DNA of 64,000 bases from a virus (Duplodnaviria > Caudoviricetes). The notes beneath the pieces are model-generated. The model was not told where the DNA came from, ran no database searches, and saw only the letters and a program-made list of their open reading frames with translations. The stretch spans positions 38,612-102,611 of IMG/VR virus record IMGVR_UViG_3300014043_000004. One strand, given 5' to 3'. This document shows, piece by piece, positions 1-14,823 of this stretch (position 1 is the stretch's first letter; every line of letters starts with the position of its first letter). The position numbers and the translations under genes were made by a program.

Positions 1-1
1 T

Positions 2-3000
2 AGCATTTACAAGGTTAGAAAGCTATTCTCCATATATATTCAAACAGTTCTGAATATACGCAACATACTCTTGTACTTGTTTTGGAGTAAGATCTACATC
101 TACAAATTCACCGTCTTCATTCTTTACACGCACTCTATACATTCTACGCTGATCTTCAAGATTGTTAAACGATACACCTGCATTTTTGTTCTTAAGCACC
201 TCTGGGTTCGTAAGAATGTCTTGCAGAATATTACCTTCTTTGATTTCAGCTTCGTCCGCAGAAGAATAATACATAAACGTGTTTGTATAGTTTCCTTTAT
301 CGTCTATTCCAAACAACGCTTTAGCAAACGTACCTATGATATCTTCATACTGAAGTCTTTCTTGATCTGTAACAGCATATGGAGAAAGCATATATTTTTT
401 CAGCTTCTCTTCCATGCCTCGTCTAGTTTCTGCTCTACCTTGATTAGCAAAATTATCAATCAAGAACGTATCTATAGCATCTCGCTGAGCTTTAGATTTA
501 GATACGTTAGGATCAGTCATAAACGTACCAGAAGCATCGTTGTATACCCTAGACAGTTCTTCCATTATAGGTTGTCCAGTAAAGAACAAAGCCCTTTCTC
601 CCATACCTGTACGAATTAATAGGTTTACAAGATTGTACGTAAAAGTATTAATGTTCAACCCTTCTATACTGTCTGGGTTTTTGGCAATATCCACATGAAC
701 GTTTATAAGACCTGAAAGCCAACTCATAATACGCTTTCCTTGTTTATCCAAAGATTTAGAAAGACTTAAACATCCAAGTTGTTCGAGTATGTTGGTATAG
801 TTTTCGTTCTTCCAAGAAGCAAATCTTACTTTATACAACATTGTAAGAATGTGATTATTGTTGTTCAAAGCAAACGGACCAATACCAAACTTACCAATCA
901 TGAACTTTATCTTCGTAGCTACCTAGAATGCAATATTGCCGAACATATACGCATAATATCTTTTCTTCGGTTTAGCTGCGTTTATGATATCTCGAACGTC
1001 TGTTACAAGTTTAGTATCTTTATCGATTGAATAAAGAGCAACATGGCTATTAGCATCAAACTTAACGCCTGTTTCTGTAGCCACACCGTAAGACTTTAGT
1101 ACTGTAATATAGTTGTATATAAGCTTATTTCTCCAATAGTCTACAGAACCCTCTTTAAAGTCCGTACTTACTACATCCTCTTCACCTTTCTTGCCATACT
1201 TAATATTATAACTAAGTCTTACAAGATAACGTTTATCAATATCGAAGTCAGAACCATCAATGCCGGTAATTTCCGCAGGAAGAATAATAGTGTCTCGTAC
1301 AACAGGAAGAACATCAACAAATCTTAAAGCTCCAATAGAAGATTGTGCCTGAGTAGGAATACGAGCGTTTATACAACATGCGTGTACATCATCCGTATTG
1401 CCGATAATCTTATGTTTCAACAACCATTCTCTAGACTTTTCAAAATTGTCTCTAATTCCTTCTGGAAGTATATCATAGAAGAAGTCTATAGATATTACGG
1501 CATCCATGCTACCGTCGTTATTGATAACCTGTAGTCGTTTACCACCATTTATTCCACGCTTTGCGAAGTCTACGGTTTTGTCGTCAAGGATTAACGGTTT
1601 GCCTTCAACACCCCAGTCAGGTCTCTGATAGAATGCGTTACCTTTCACATTGATGTCACAAGTCTCTTTGTTTATCTTGGATACCAAAATACTTTGTATC
1701 CAGTCAATAGAAGACATTGCTTCAAGCTCAACGTTGAAGTGTTTAACCATTCTTGTCTTAGTCTCTCCTGTTTCTGGGTCAGTATATTCCTCCTCTTCTT
1801 CTACAACCTGAATTCCGTCTATAAGATTTGCGTCAGCATCTCTACTATCAAGCTCTCTTTCAAGGAACGCAGAGAAGTTGTCAATATTAAAAGTACCGTC
1901 TTCATTAAAGACTTCTTTTCTTATTTCTGCTTCTCCAAGATCAGACAGAGCTTTAATGGCGTCCATGATGTCATTCAAAACCTAATAACCCCTTACAACC
2001 TCATATTCGTCTTTTCCAGTAACCGGATTTCTACCAATAAACCTCTTATACTTTTTGTTTGGTTTAAGGTTTGCAAGAGCGACTTTCGTCATCTGCGTAC
2101 CCATGGTAGTAGTATCCTTTTCGTGAGGTTCTGTGTTAAGCTGCCTTCTTATGAACGCATAATCTTGTTCGTATGTATGGAAGTGGAAGTTTTTAAACGA
2201 CTCTTCAGAATCAAACATCCCTGGATAGCACATCGAAGCTTCTTCACTACCGGTCTTTACACCACTGTGCATCATCAACATGTCTATTCCGTCCTCTTCC
2301 ATCTTTCTAAGCAAGTCTGCAGTAAAACCTGTAGCCATGTACTTAAACAACGGGAAGAGAGCAAACTTGTCGTAATAGTGAATAGGAATGTCTTCTGTCT
2401 GTGCATTTATTCTGTATCCGTAAGCACTATACTTCTAAGTACCAAGCAGAGCATCAATGATCACTTTATATGCATCTGAAGCGCGTAAAGGATTAATGTT
2501 TTTACCATCTTTCGTCTTACCTTCAAGATACATGAAAGCTTCTTGTACATTTGATGTAAATTTGCCGCGCATTCTCAAAAGAGTCTTTGCCATCTTCGGA
2601 GAAATAAATGCAGCACCATCTGCAGGCTTTGTGAAATCCAGAGCATCTAGAGCATTCTTGGCGCTTATACGAGCATGATCTAACGCAATACCAGCATTCT
2701 CTTCAAGCTCGTCCTCAATTTTCTTAGTAACAGCGTCAACATCTTTATCGTTCTACATGTCGTAGAGTTCGTCGTTCAGATTGTTTAAAGCTTCTTGTTT
2801 TTGCTCGTCTGTAAGATTTTCATCCTATTCTATTTGATCGGTCTTATAGTCCAAGTAAGCTTGTCTTAACGCTGCCTGATATGTAGTTCTTTCGAAATCT
2901 TTATATAACGCCGATTGTACTTGTGCTTCCTTAGGTTTATCTTCTATTTCTGCACATACATATTTACGTCTCACATCTGCCAAATCAAGCCTGTTTTTCT

Positions 3001-6000
3001 CACCGGTAGATCCAGCACCACCAAGTCGTTTAGACTGGTCTTTGTGTCTATCTGTGAGACAGTTCATGATTTTCTTAGATAACGAATCGAATATTTTTCC
3101 ATGATGCCACTCGAAGAACTACGGCTGTCCTATATACATACGTTCTACTTCTTCTTCAGAAATAACACCACGCATGTATATATCCCATATAGTCTGCATT
3201 ATGGCTAAAGATTCGCATCTCTTTTTACCAGCTTCATCTGTTTTCTTTATATCAAGCTTTTCGATATATCTATCTCTGAGAGTCTGAATCACATCGTCAT
3301 CCAAACCAACATTTGAATACTGTAACAAACGATTCTACACAACTCTTCTACCAGTTGGGTTTCCGTTGGCATCGAGAACGTCTTCTTTTAATCCGTTGTT
3401 CGCTACAATAAGTCCAGCACGCTCAAGCATTCTTACGTTTTCGTTGAATCCTTCCTCCAACGTAAGCATCATGATCTTTCTTCTCTCCTATATAGGAAGA
3501 TCAAAGAATTCTTCTTTAGCTCTTTGTAAACATTCTTCTGGAGTTTTGTCATAATCGTTTAAAAGGATAAGCTTCTTTTCGCCTTTTTCATCCATTTTTA
3601 CGATTTCAACAAGACCACTAAAACGTTTCTTATTTTCATTGAAAAATTCAATAAACGGGAACGGAGTCTTTCGATTTATCTCCCTTTCTACAGCTAACAT
3701 TTCGCACTCAGCATACTCCAACATTTGATCTATTTGTTCGTTAGAAACATTGTAGTCAAACATTACGTGTAAATCTTTTGATGCTGCATTTTGCCCAGGA
3801 ATTATACCAAGAGTTAAAAGTTGATTGCTTGGAACATTCTAAAGGTTTTTATAGTTTAACCCAGGAACTCGTACGCCAGTTAGGTAGAACCACGTAGACT
3901 TATCTGAAAGTGTCGGGAATATAATACCGCCGTCTTTCAATATAGCATATTTTGCAAGCCAGTCTTCTCTTTCCGTTATATCGCTATAAGATTTACCACC
4001 AGTTCTATCACCATCCATCATGATACCTCCGTGAGTATGTAGAACAAGGTTTATCTTTCCGTTGTTGAAAACGTGCTTTATAATGAGAGAACCTATTGGA
4101 ATAGCCGCATGTTTACCGGTCTTTACAAAGTTATATATGTAATTAGCCATGTCTCGCATAATACGGCTTTTCTTGAATTCTCGTTTATTTGCAGGCTGAC
4201 TTGTATCACATTCCGCATCGTTTATATCGAGAGTTATATCAGAAACAGTGTGTGACTGTGCCATAAGATAACGTTTTGTACCTTCCGGTCCATTTGTCAT
4301 CAACTCCTTAGTACTCTTGTTATAAGCAGATTCAGCTTCACCGAACCAACAAACTACCGAATTGTCAGTATACAAGTTTGCACCAGATGCCTATTGTCCT
4401 TCTTTCCTAAACTTACCTCTCTTTATTTCTTTTATCTCTTTTCTAGATTGTGAGAGGAGTTTTCCACCTTTTTCTGTAGCGTGCTTCTAAATATAATCTA
4501 TCTTATCTAAGAACGTCTTATAGCTAAGACCGTTTGGATTTGCTTCTCCAAAAAAGTCCAACAAACATCCAGACAATCTTCTGCTTCTTCCGTACTTTTG
4601 TTTGAGATAGTATTCAAAAGCGTCTCTACTGATATCAATACCCAACGTGTTCAAAGCAGAAACATACTCGCTAATCAGTCTTCTGACATCGTCTTGATTT
4701 GCTTTATCGTAGCTTCTTCCGTGTAAAGTTAAATCTTTAGTATTTTTTGTACTTCTAATTATCCTATACACTTTGTGTATTGTATCTACAGCATCATTTA
4801 ACAAAGCTTCTCCGTCTTTAGTATACTCGTATTCTCCAGATGGCGTCATCTTAAACACTCCGCTAAATCCGCTGACTAACTTCAAGAACCAGCTTCTCGG
4901 ATATACTCTGGCTGCGTAATCGTCACTAGTCTTTTGAACTTCTGTGTTGTACTGGTTATCCAAAAGCTCGCCTTCGTCATCCATACGCTGAGATATCTTT
5001 ACCCGTATGAAATCAAGTCTTTGACATGCTACAAAATTGAACAGCTAAGTGACAAACGACTCCATATCAGGATCAACTTGCGTTACAGCGCCTTCGATTC
5101 TGTTTCCAGTGTCTTCTCCGTCTTCTACCCAAGTATAATAATAACCATTCTCGTCTCTGTGTTGAGCATAGCTCTTGTCTGCTACAGGATTTCCGTTATA
5201 GAAGATTATGTTCTTACCCGACTTGCTTTTTAAAATTTCATTTTGCTTTGCACTATGGTATTTTATAGCTATTCTGTAGAATATAGGATCGTCTTCTGCT
5301 AACTGCTGTAATATTTCATCAAGCTCTTCGGCATTCTTTACACCATTGCATTCAGACAAGAGTCGCTGACTTACGGTCTTCATGCTCAAAAACGTCTTAA
5401 ACCCGAGGAGCGTCGATCTATTCTTAACCAACACAGGAGTTTCAACAACAGTTCCGTCTTTCTTGGTCTTCTTTGTAGTAGTACTTGGAACGATTCCAGC
5501 TTCCACATCTTCTTGGGTTGCGAAATGTTCGTCAGGTATACTACTTAGGAAGAAACGAATTGCTGCAGTAGCGTCATCGGTTCTAGAATGATCAAAGAAG
5601 TAATCACTGTGATCTGCAATATCAGTTCCGAGTGTACCTCCGCCTGGCTATTCTGGATCCGGACTACCGTCCTGATTTCCTATGGCATCAGCTTGTTGTT
5701 CATAAGTCTATAATTCAGAATCAATACCCATCTTAGCAAGACGTCTGTTTACTTTTTGTTCAACAACAGGCCATACTTTATCTGAGAACAGTTCTGCCAT
5801 CATCTTCTACTTTTGGTCGAGCTCGTCCTTTGTGAAAGATCCCTCGTAGTCGAGAATTGCCTGAATTTTAGCAATCTTCTTTCTCTTTGAATCTTTCTTA
5901 AAAGCATCCCACTCTTCGTCAGTCATATCTTCACCCAACTGCTCCATGTACTCACGTACAACTTCTTTTACCTCCGGAGTATTTCCAAACAATGTAAGAT

Positions 6001-9000
6001 ACATTCTCGCATCGTCTGCGTTCATTTCGTCGCCTTCGTTTGCATACTCTCCGGTAAGAACTCTAAACCAAGAAGAATGTTCAGTCTTTTCTCCCTTCTT
6101 ATACAACGTTTGTACAGATTTTAAGTCTGTCTTCAACTTAGAAGCATTTTGCGCAAGATCTCGAACATCATAACTAGTACATAATGCATATATAATACAG
6201 CTTACGGCGTCATCAAAGAAGTCTTTTCCACCTATTGACGGGAACTCTTTTAAATTTACTGATCGTTTTTCACCTTTTATTGAAGTACTTATCGTAAGAT
6301 TAGCTATACCTCCCAATTGGCTTACAAAATGAGCTACGTTTTTAGCGTTCGGTTTTACAAATCTGAACATACCACTGTTTGCGATCAAGAACAACAGCGC
6401 AATCTTTTTACTGCCAAGAGACCTAAGACCGTCTATCATTTGCTTCAATTGTCCAAATGTTTTTGACAAATCTTTGAACTAAACATGTTCTCGGTCTGTC
6501 ATAAAATATCTAAACATCTCTGCAAATGCTTCAGAAATGTCTTTATCTGTCAGATCTCTTCCAGTTTGCTCTTTAAATGTAGCATTGTGCTTGTTGTAAT
6601 ACTCGTCATATAAACGTTCTCTTATGAAATTCGGGAGTAATATCTCCATGATCCTATGGAAGGCTTCGTGATATTCGGTTCCCTCTGGCATTTTGTCATA
6701 AAGTTCGAACGCATCAGCAGCAGTCTGTCCAACAACAGCAGCTCCACTCTTTAATATATCGATGACATGAGGAGTCCACTTTACAGGAACAAAACCAACA
6801 AGTCTACGCATACGTTTTACAATCTCATCTTTTTCTTCATCAGAAAGATGCTTCTTACGTAACTTCGACCTGTCGACATGCATTTGTCCATAATCGGTAT
6901 CGTCGTCTTCGTCAGAGATAAGATTCATGAGCTCTTCGTCAGATATCGTATGCTTTCTCTTCTTAGATCCTTTTTTACGAACCACTGGAGTTTCTTCATC
7001 TTCATCGGGTTCCGGTTGTGGAGCAATCTCTTGTTCTACTGGAGCAGCAGCGTTTTCTTCTGCATTAGAAGTTCCAACTTGTACAGGTTTGTCATCTTCT
7101 GGTAATTCTTGTCCTTCTACACCCAATTCGTGGATACTTATGAGAGGATTTTCTATACCGACGGCGTTTACTTTAGCTATTCCATGTCTAATAGCCCATT
7201 CTATACCAGTAAGTCCTTTTTCGATATCTTCTTTATCTATAACAACTTCGTCTGTGATTCTTATACTTTGAATATCTTCGTTGCCTTCTTCAAAGAATAC
7301 AGATTTGGATAAATCAATAATAGACTATAAATTACCAAGTGGAGATTCGTCTGTTGTGTTGTTTAACCGAAAACGCATATTACCAAACTGGTTTATATGG
7401 AATTCTACATGGCTTAATATATTGTATAAACGTTGAACATCTTCTTCTTTATCTAACCGCAATATTACAGGATCTCTGTGTAACATTCCGTCTTCGCCTC
7501 TACGAGGCTCTTCGTCCATTGCAGTTATAGTTATAGCAAGATGGCCGTTTAACAAATTATTTTCGCCGTCTCTAGCATAATCAAAAACAAACTCGTGTCC
7601 AGCATATTCTGCAGCCTATCCAAATCTTGTAAACAACTTTATTACCTTCTGTCTTGTTAGGCCTGGTATTTGTATTTTCTTGGTACTTCCATCTTTGAGT
7701 ACTGCTGTTATCTTTGGCAAAGTGCTTAATTTGCCACCAGCAGCTACGTTTTTAAGAATTGCAACTAACGCTTTTGCAGTATCAGACGGACCTTTTTCGT
7801 CCACTAATTTAAATCCTTTCAGAGTAATAGGTACAATTCTTGGTTCTGCATCTTCGGGATCTTCATCGAATTTGAATTTATACAAAAACATCACAGTACC
7901 TGGTGGAATTGTATCAAAATCACTTCCTGGTTTTACCTACAATCTTTGTTTGGGGTGTTTCAGACCAGCGTCAGTATATTCCGGACTCCATAGTGGGTGA
8001 CGTTTTCCGTCAGTAATTTCAACGATGTTTCCATCTTCATCAACCACACCGATTATACTATTGTCTCCATCCAGCATTTTACCATATCTGGGATCATTTT
8101 TACTGAAGAATGCCGTATCTTCCAGATTAACATCTTTATCTGAATATACCAAGGTTCCGTTTGTACGTTCAACTTTAGTAGCAATTATAGTTTTTCCAGG
8201 GAACATTTGTTTTAACTGGAAGAATTGTTTTATGAGATTTCTACCCATAATGCTATACAAAGTTGAATTTAATCCTTGTGATTGATGGTTCCTTGCTTCT
8301 CCTACGGCTTCGTTTCCAAGACGAAGATTTATATCTTTAAATGTAAATCCTCTATACTTTATAGTAACTTTTAATACGGTAGATATACTGTCTGTTGGTT
8401 TGTCACTATGATCTGCGTTGTCTATAATAAATGTTGCGTTTTTAATAAAGTCGTTCTTTATTACAGACTCCATGTAGTGTGGAAGTTCCTTTACGTGTTT
8501 AGACCAAGAATACAAATTGTTAAATTGCCACCAAAATTCTCTAGCACTATCTACAACTTCTTCTAGTTTTTCATATACCCATTCTTTGCCAGTTTTGGTT
8601 GGCGGAGTTGGAGGAGTTTCTTCAACTTCATCTCGATTTGCTTCTTCTATTTCTTGATCCGCTTTTTCCGCCAGTCGTGAAATACCAGCGCGTCTAGATC
8701 TTGCGTTTTCTAAGAGCTGGTTTACATATACAGAATCTGCGAGCTTCTAATCGTCATTTAGTACTTCTTTCAACGACTCGATTGCGTCATAATAATCACT
8801 TAACGCAGAAGCTAGACCGTCTCGTGTTTCTTCTAAAACATCCGGGTCTGCTCCGTACTAGCTTACATCAGCAAGTACTTGATCGTACATAGAGATTTCT
8901 TCATTCACTTCGGCTTTTCTGTCAGAAACATTAGATTTTGACAAGAAGCTGTCAATTTCATCTAAATCTGACTCTAACTCTTTTACAGAAGTCAAATCTA

Positions 9001-12000
9001 CCGGATCGTATACGTGTACTTCATAGATGGATGTAACTTTATCATCTTCTGTTTCATATCCGACATAGAACGGAATTATCTCCAAAGATGCAACCTTTGC
9101 GCCAGGTATCTCTTGTTGTATGAGGTTTCTATAAGCTGCCAACTGTCTTGCGTACTGAGCAGCATATGTACGTTTTCCTTCTACCGCACCGTGATCTTTT
9201 GTAGCAAGTTGTGTTAAAAAGTCAGAAGATACTCTACGATTCGCTCCTTCTGGAATCTAGTCTTCGCTATCTACAGCAAGCCATCCTTTCTCTTCTACAA
9301 CATCGTCGTCACCAATAGTTGGTATAACTCCTTCGTATTGCAGATAAGTTTCGAATCTATTTGCATTCCTAGTTGTCTTAAAGTCAAGAACGTGAATACG
9401 ACCCTGTTGGTCTACTGCAATCATATCAGTAGCTCCAGCGAAACGTGTACCCATACCAGTCTGACCATGCCATACGAAATCATCTGTATATACAACCCAC
9501 TTAAGCTCATTAAATCTGTCTCTGAGTTTTTTCAGTTGAGATATTACAGAATTAAACGTAGACTGAGACATGTTGTATTCCGGTTTGTTTTCTACAACAC
9601 CTTTATTCTTAAAGAAGTCTCTAGCAATACTGTCTATATGAGTACCTACGATAAGTGCCGGGTTTGTAACGAATGACGACAGTATTGATGAAATTGCATC
9701 TACAACTCCGTCTTGCGTAAGAACACTTGTTGATGTATACGGACTTAGATCTATCTTATAGTATTTGTATTCATAAGAGTCTGCACCAAACGCATCTTCT
9801 AGTTTTTTATTATACTCATCCTATAATGTTTTTACTTCTTTTTTAAAGTCGGATTTGTCAGATTTTTCGTATAATGGAGCAAGTATTGATTTTATTCTAT
9901 TCTCTTCATCTATTTCGTCTTGAGTCCTGTCAAAAATAGGATCTAAAATACCATGCACACGTAAAAACCTAGTAATCCTGTTCCCTATCTTTAGGAAGTA
10001 ATCATGAGGAGATGGTTTTCTGTTACCAACAAGTTTTTCGTCTTTCTTAAGCTTATCTTCCAGTTTTGCTCTTACGCTCAACTGTTTTTCGTTTTCCTCA
10101 AACTCTGTAGACTCTTCTTCCGGTTCTTTATTAAGTAGCTCGTCTATTTCTTCCGCTGTCATTTTAGAAACTTCTCCAGTCTCTATGTCAATAACTTCAT
10201 AAGAATAAATACCACAACTGTTTTCTTCATCTATGCTTTCAAGTACAGACTTTGCAATCGTGTACTTTTTCCCAGACGTTGTAATGATCTCACCAGACGG
10301 ATATTTTCTTAATGAAATAGGACTGTTTATCTTTCCGACAACAGATCTGGCAGGATCGTTTGGAGATATTGTCTCAGTTCTTCCAGATGGGTATTCTACA
10401 GTAAGAGAACCGTCTTCTGCTTGACCTACAACAATCGCAGACGTCTTATCTCCGTTTTCGTTACTTACTTCAACGTATTCTCCAGGTTCATACGATATTA
10501 TAGGTTCTGGCTCTGGTTCTTGAGCCGGTTCTACAACAGGCTGTTCTTCAACCTCTTCCTCAGAAGCTTCTTCTTGTGGTTGTACGCCACCGTTGTTTAT
10601 ATTAGAATTAGCACGTCTACGTTTTTGCTGCTCTTCTATAGATTTCTCCTCTCTAGTCTTTGCCGTATCGTATTCTACTCTATCAAACGGCATCGAAGTT
10701 CTATCTATAGAGCCGTCCTTATGCCACCTGTGTTTTCTGTATTTTCCGTCCTCAAAACGCACAATATAGTATTCTCCGTCGTATCCTTGATAAAGATCTC
10801 CGTTTTGTACTGGTCTAGCTTGAGCTTTTTCGTATTCTTGTATACGATCTATATAGTCTGCTTCAAGAATTGCTTCGAGTTTTTCGTCAGATCTTGTCCT
10901 AGCATCCCATTTATCTAACACCCATTGAGGGTTTTGATGGAACTGTTTGTACTGTTGATCAGCTAACAAGAAGTCAAACTCCAGCAACTCTCTTTCTCTC
11001 AGCATGTCCGCATAGCTATCCAACAAGTCAGATGTAGACAAAGCGGACTCGTTGTACTCTATACCATTTTTCTAAGCTTCTCTTCTTGCAGCAGTTTCCA
11101 TAAGTTGACGCAGATACACACCTTCGTCAGACATATTTAAAGCAGCTCTAATATCATCTTCTGTTTCTACGTTTATTCCAGATTTTGCAAGAGTTTCTTT
11201 TATCTAGTTTAACCTAGCCTTACTTCTATTCAAGAATACGTCTTCTCTACCACTCAGTTTTTGAAGTTGCGTGTAATCTTCTACAAGTTTAAACAAAGAT
11301 AGAGCTTGTACAAGCAATTTTGCTCTATCGAACGTTGTGATTTTTGGCTTTAATATATCCTCGGCTCTTTGCTCTTGTTTTTGTTTCGCAGAAACAGTTT
11401 CTCCTGTAGGAAGTTGTTCGTCGTATTGTTCTTCAGAATATATTCCGTATTGAGGATTATCTTCGGCAATCGCACTCTCACCCAAAAGTTCTTGTTGTTC
11501 TTGATCTGCTTTTTGTAGTGCTTCAAACTTTTGAGCTCTACGTTTACTAGCAAAGTTCTCATAGGCAACAAGTTGTGCATATTTATCAGATCCTGGCTTT
11601 GCATTAGCTTTAGCTCCTATTGCACGCATCTATAAAGAATTACCAAGTTCGTATATATCTTCATAGTCCTGCTCTTGCTAGTCTATAAGTTCTGTTGGAA
11701 TATGATGCTTATCTTCACCTAACATTACTTCAGGATCAGCTTTTTGCATTGCGTCGTCATGAATACCAGCTATCTTTCTATAAGCCTCGAATTTCTTATG
11801 CATTTCTTCTTTCTGATCTTTAGAAAGGTATTTTGCATAAGATCGATTTTGTTCAAGTTCAGCAACATTACCTCTTCGTTCAGCATCAATGTTAGCTGCA
11901 ACAATAGAAGCCAGTTTATAGTCGGAAATGGTGTTATGCATCCGTACACCAACCTGTAAAGAATTTGGACCTATCAGCGTAAGCAGAGGAGTGGCATTCA

Positions 12001-14818
12001 TTTGAGAATAAACATCAGCTTCTCCTAGCATTTCTGGATCATCCTGATTTAACCAGATATATGCAGCTCTAGATCCAAGCAACATGTCATCAAATACACG
12101 TTGGAGTAAAGCTCTATTGTGTTGAACATCGTAGTCAAAATCGTCTCTAGCATTCAGTGCCTGTACACCTTCTTGACCCATCTCAGAAGCTGTGTCCAGT
12201 CCTACACGACCTGTAATATTACCGGCGCCTTTTCCTATCGCAGCAGCCTTTAACCATGCTCCTGGTATTCTTGTAGCAAATGCTCTAGCTTTCTAATATC
12301 CTCTTGCTATTTTATCTTCTACGCCAATCCACTTTAAACCTTTGTGAGTACCGTATAAAGAAGCTCCTCCAACAAGTGCGCCGGCAGCTGCTCCCAACAC
12401 AGATCCGTCACTTTCATAGTAACCACCTAATGCGCCAGCTGTGCTTCCAGCAACTACTCCAAGAGGTATCTTAGATGTTTTATCTGCAAATTTTATTACG
12501 CCGTTTTCTACAGCCCTTGTTATTTTGTTTTCTGCAAGCTTGACACCTAGATTATGCATCCCATCTTTAAATCCAGCAAATCTGGCAAAAGCATCTGGAT
12601 GATTGTTCATCATATATCTATTAAACCTTAGTTTATTAGACTGATGCATAATTTTAGTGGCTCTTGCTAAGTATTTAACAGTACTTAAATTTGCTATATC
12701 TACAATAGACCCTATTGCAGCATCTGCAGTATTTACAGGCTGATCGTTGTAGAATTGGTTATTTGCACCGATTATAGCGTCGGCATGCATCTTTGTTATT
12801 TTCGGATTCTTAGACTACCACACACCACTGAGAAAAGCGTCCATTATAAACTCTCTCTTTTTATCATCGCTAAGTTGATTCAGCAAATTTCTTGGTGTAG
12901 TACCTTCGTAATCCCTAAATAAATATTTTGCACTTACGTTTACAGGCTTAGAAAGCAATGCTTTCTCTCCCTCTTTTAAGAACTCTTCATAATTTCCAGC
13001 TGTATGCAGTAACGAAGAAAGTCTTTGAGCTACTCTATCAGAAGATTCTATGTTGTTTTCGTCAGATCCAGCAGATTTATCAGCTTCGAAAGATGCTCCG
13101 ATCGATCCAACTTGAATCAGCGCTGACGTACCACCAGTAGTTGCGGCGCCACCTATTATACCAACTGCTTTCGAACCGACGCTTATTATACTCTTCCACC
13201 AAGAAGAATTCGATCCACCTGCAACACCAGACCACCCGAATTGAGCCATTTTAACAGGATCTGACCAATCAAAATTACTCTTCTCTAGTAATCTTTCCTG
13301 TGCACTATAATACGGGTCTACGTTCGCTTTTAAGCCCAAAACATTATTACCAGTCTTCCAATCAACAATGTCCTGTGCGTCAGTTAACGCTTGTTCTTTC
13401 CACACTTCCTGCTTTTCTGCATTTTTTGCATTAAAGTCTGTGAGTTGTTTTTTTATACCAGAGGTAGCCTTTGTAATTTTTTCTAGCCATTTGTCATCTC
13501 GTACACGTTCTCCAAGCAGTTTTTGAAGATCGTCCAGTTTACCATCTAATCCGTATAAACCGTTTCTAACGCCACCGATATCATCATCTACAATCTTATC
13601 GACCATTCCTGCTATATATCCCGCTGTAGTTGGAGCCCAACTTGCAAGATTGTTTGCATTTTTCCACCATTCGTTGGTCTATAAGCGTTGTTGTATTTCT
13701 TTATTTTCGTCAAGAATCTGATAGTATATTTCTCGTCTCTGAGGATCGAGATTCCAAAATCCACCTACAGACTTTGCTATTTGATTGTATCGTTCAAGCT
13801 GAACTAAGTTGTTTGCATATCTCTCAATGTCGTTTACGTTTCTTATAGTATTATTTGAAAGATTTACAAACTCTTTAGATCTTTGAATCTGACCTGTGGA
13901 AACTTTCATCTGACTCTCGTTTGTTTTCAACATAAAATCAGACATGAAAGATTTTGAATGTTGTGACCCAACCCAATCTGCTATTTGTTTTCCAACATCC
14001 ATTGCAGCATACTCGTCGCCAGTTGGTCCAGCAATACCGTAACCTAAAGGCTTTGGTGTATTTTGAGACCAATCTCCATAATAGTTATCAGATTGTTGTA
14101 CAGCATTCAATTCTGCGAGCTCTTGCTATTCTTGTTTTGCAAGATTTTCGTTAATCTCATTTATCCTTTCGTAACCGTATTGTGGGTCAGTTAGCGTTCG
14201 ATATGTAATAATTTCGTTTACTTCGCTATTTGTAAGACCTTTATCTTTATTTACCGTACTAAACATGTTGTGCTCCCAGATTCGCCTATTATAACGCTCT
14301 GGGGCACTTTCTTTCTTGTTTAAATCGTCCGTTACGAACGCATTATACATGTTGACAGCAGCTTTCGCTTGTTTTGTCACAGGATCGTTTTGTATCGTCG
14401 GATTGGCAGCACCTCTCAGAGATTGTCTCACTGCCCAAGCTTGATACGCATCCTGGTCTAATATAGACGGAACAAACTGATCTTTAAATGCGTTTGGATC
14501 GCTAGTACGTTTTAAATAATCTTGTGCAGATTCCGTAGCATAAGACCTTCTTGGTGTAGCTATTTCTGGATTTGGCAGCTGTGTATTCTTCTCTTCTAAT
14601 ATACTAGAATCGTTTTCCTGAGTATCATTTTGCTAAACATTTTCTTCTGGCTGCTCATAAGATCTTTTTGCTTCTTCCTCAGCCTACGCCATCTTGTCTA
14701 AGATGTCCTATTTTGCATAGTATTCATCTAACCGTTCTTTAGCCTATTGTTGTATCTAAAGATCCTCCAGCCTTCTTCTGGCTTGCCATCCTGGTTGATA
14801 TTTTCTTTTTTTGCTCAT
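2..14818 (-). CDS. Giant virion-associated RNA polymerase polyprotein (>4,900 aa, 3' end outside window; TAG read-through)
   Basis: 23 minus-strand ORF fragments from 23..901 to 14126..14431 share one frame and each ends at TAG; ATG at 14818 is in that frame. Catalytic GSDFDIDK motif (DFDID 1235-1249), HEAFH zincin motif (6656-6670), PD-(D/E)xK-like GATDMIAVD...VLDFKT (~9375-9440). Confidence 0.93.
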
Positions 14819-14823
14819 AATGT

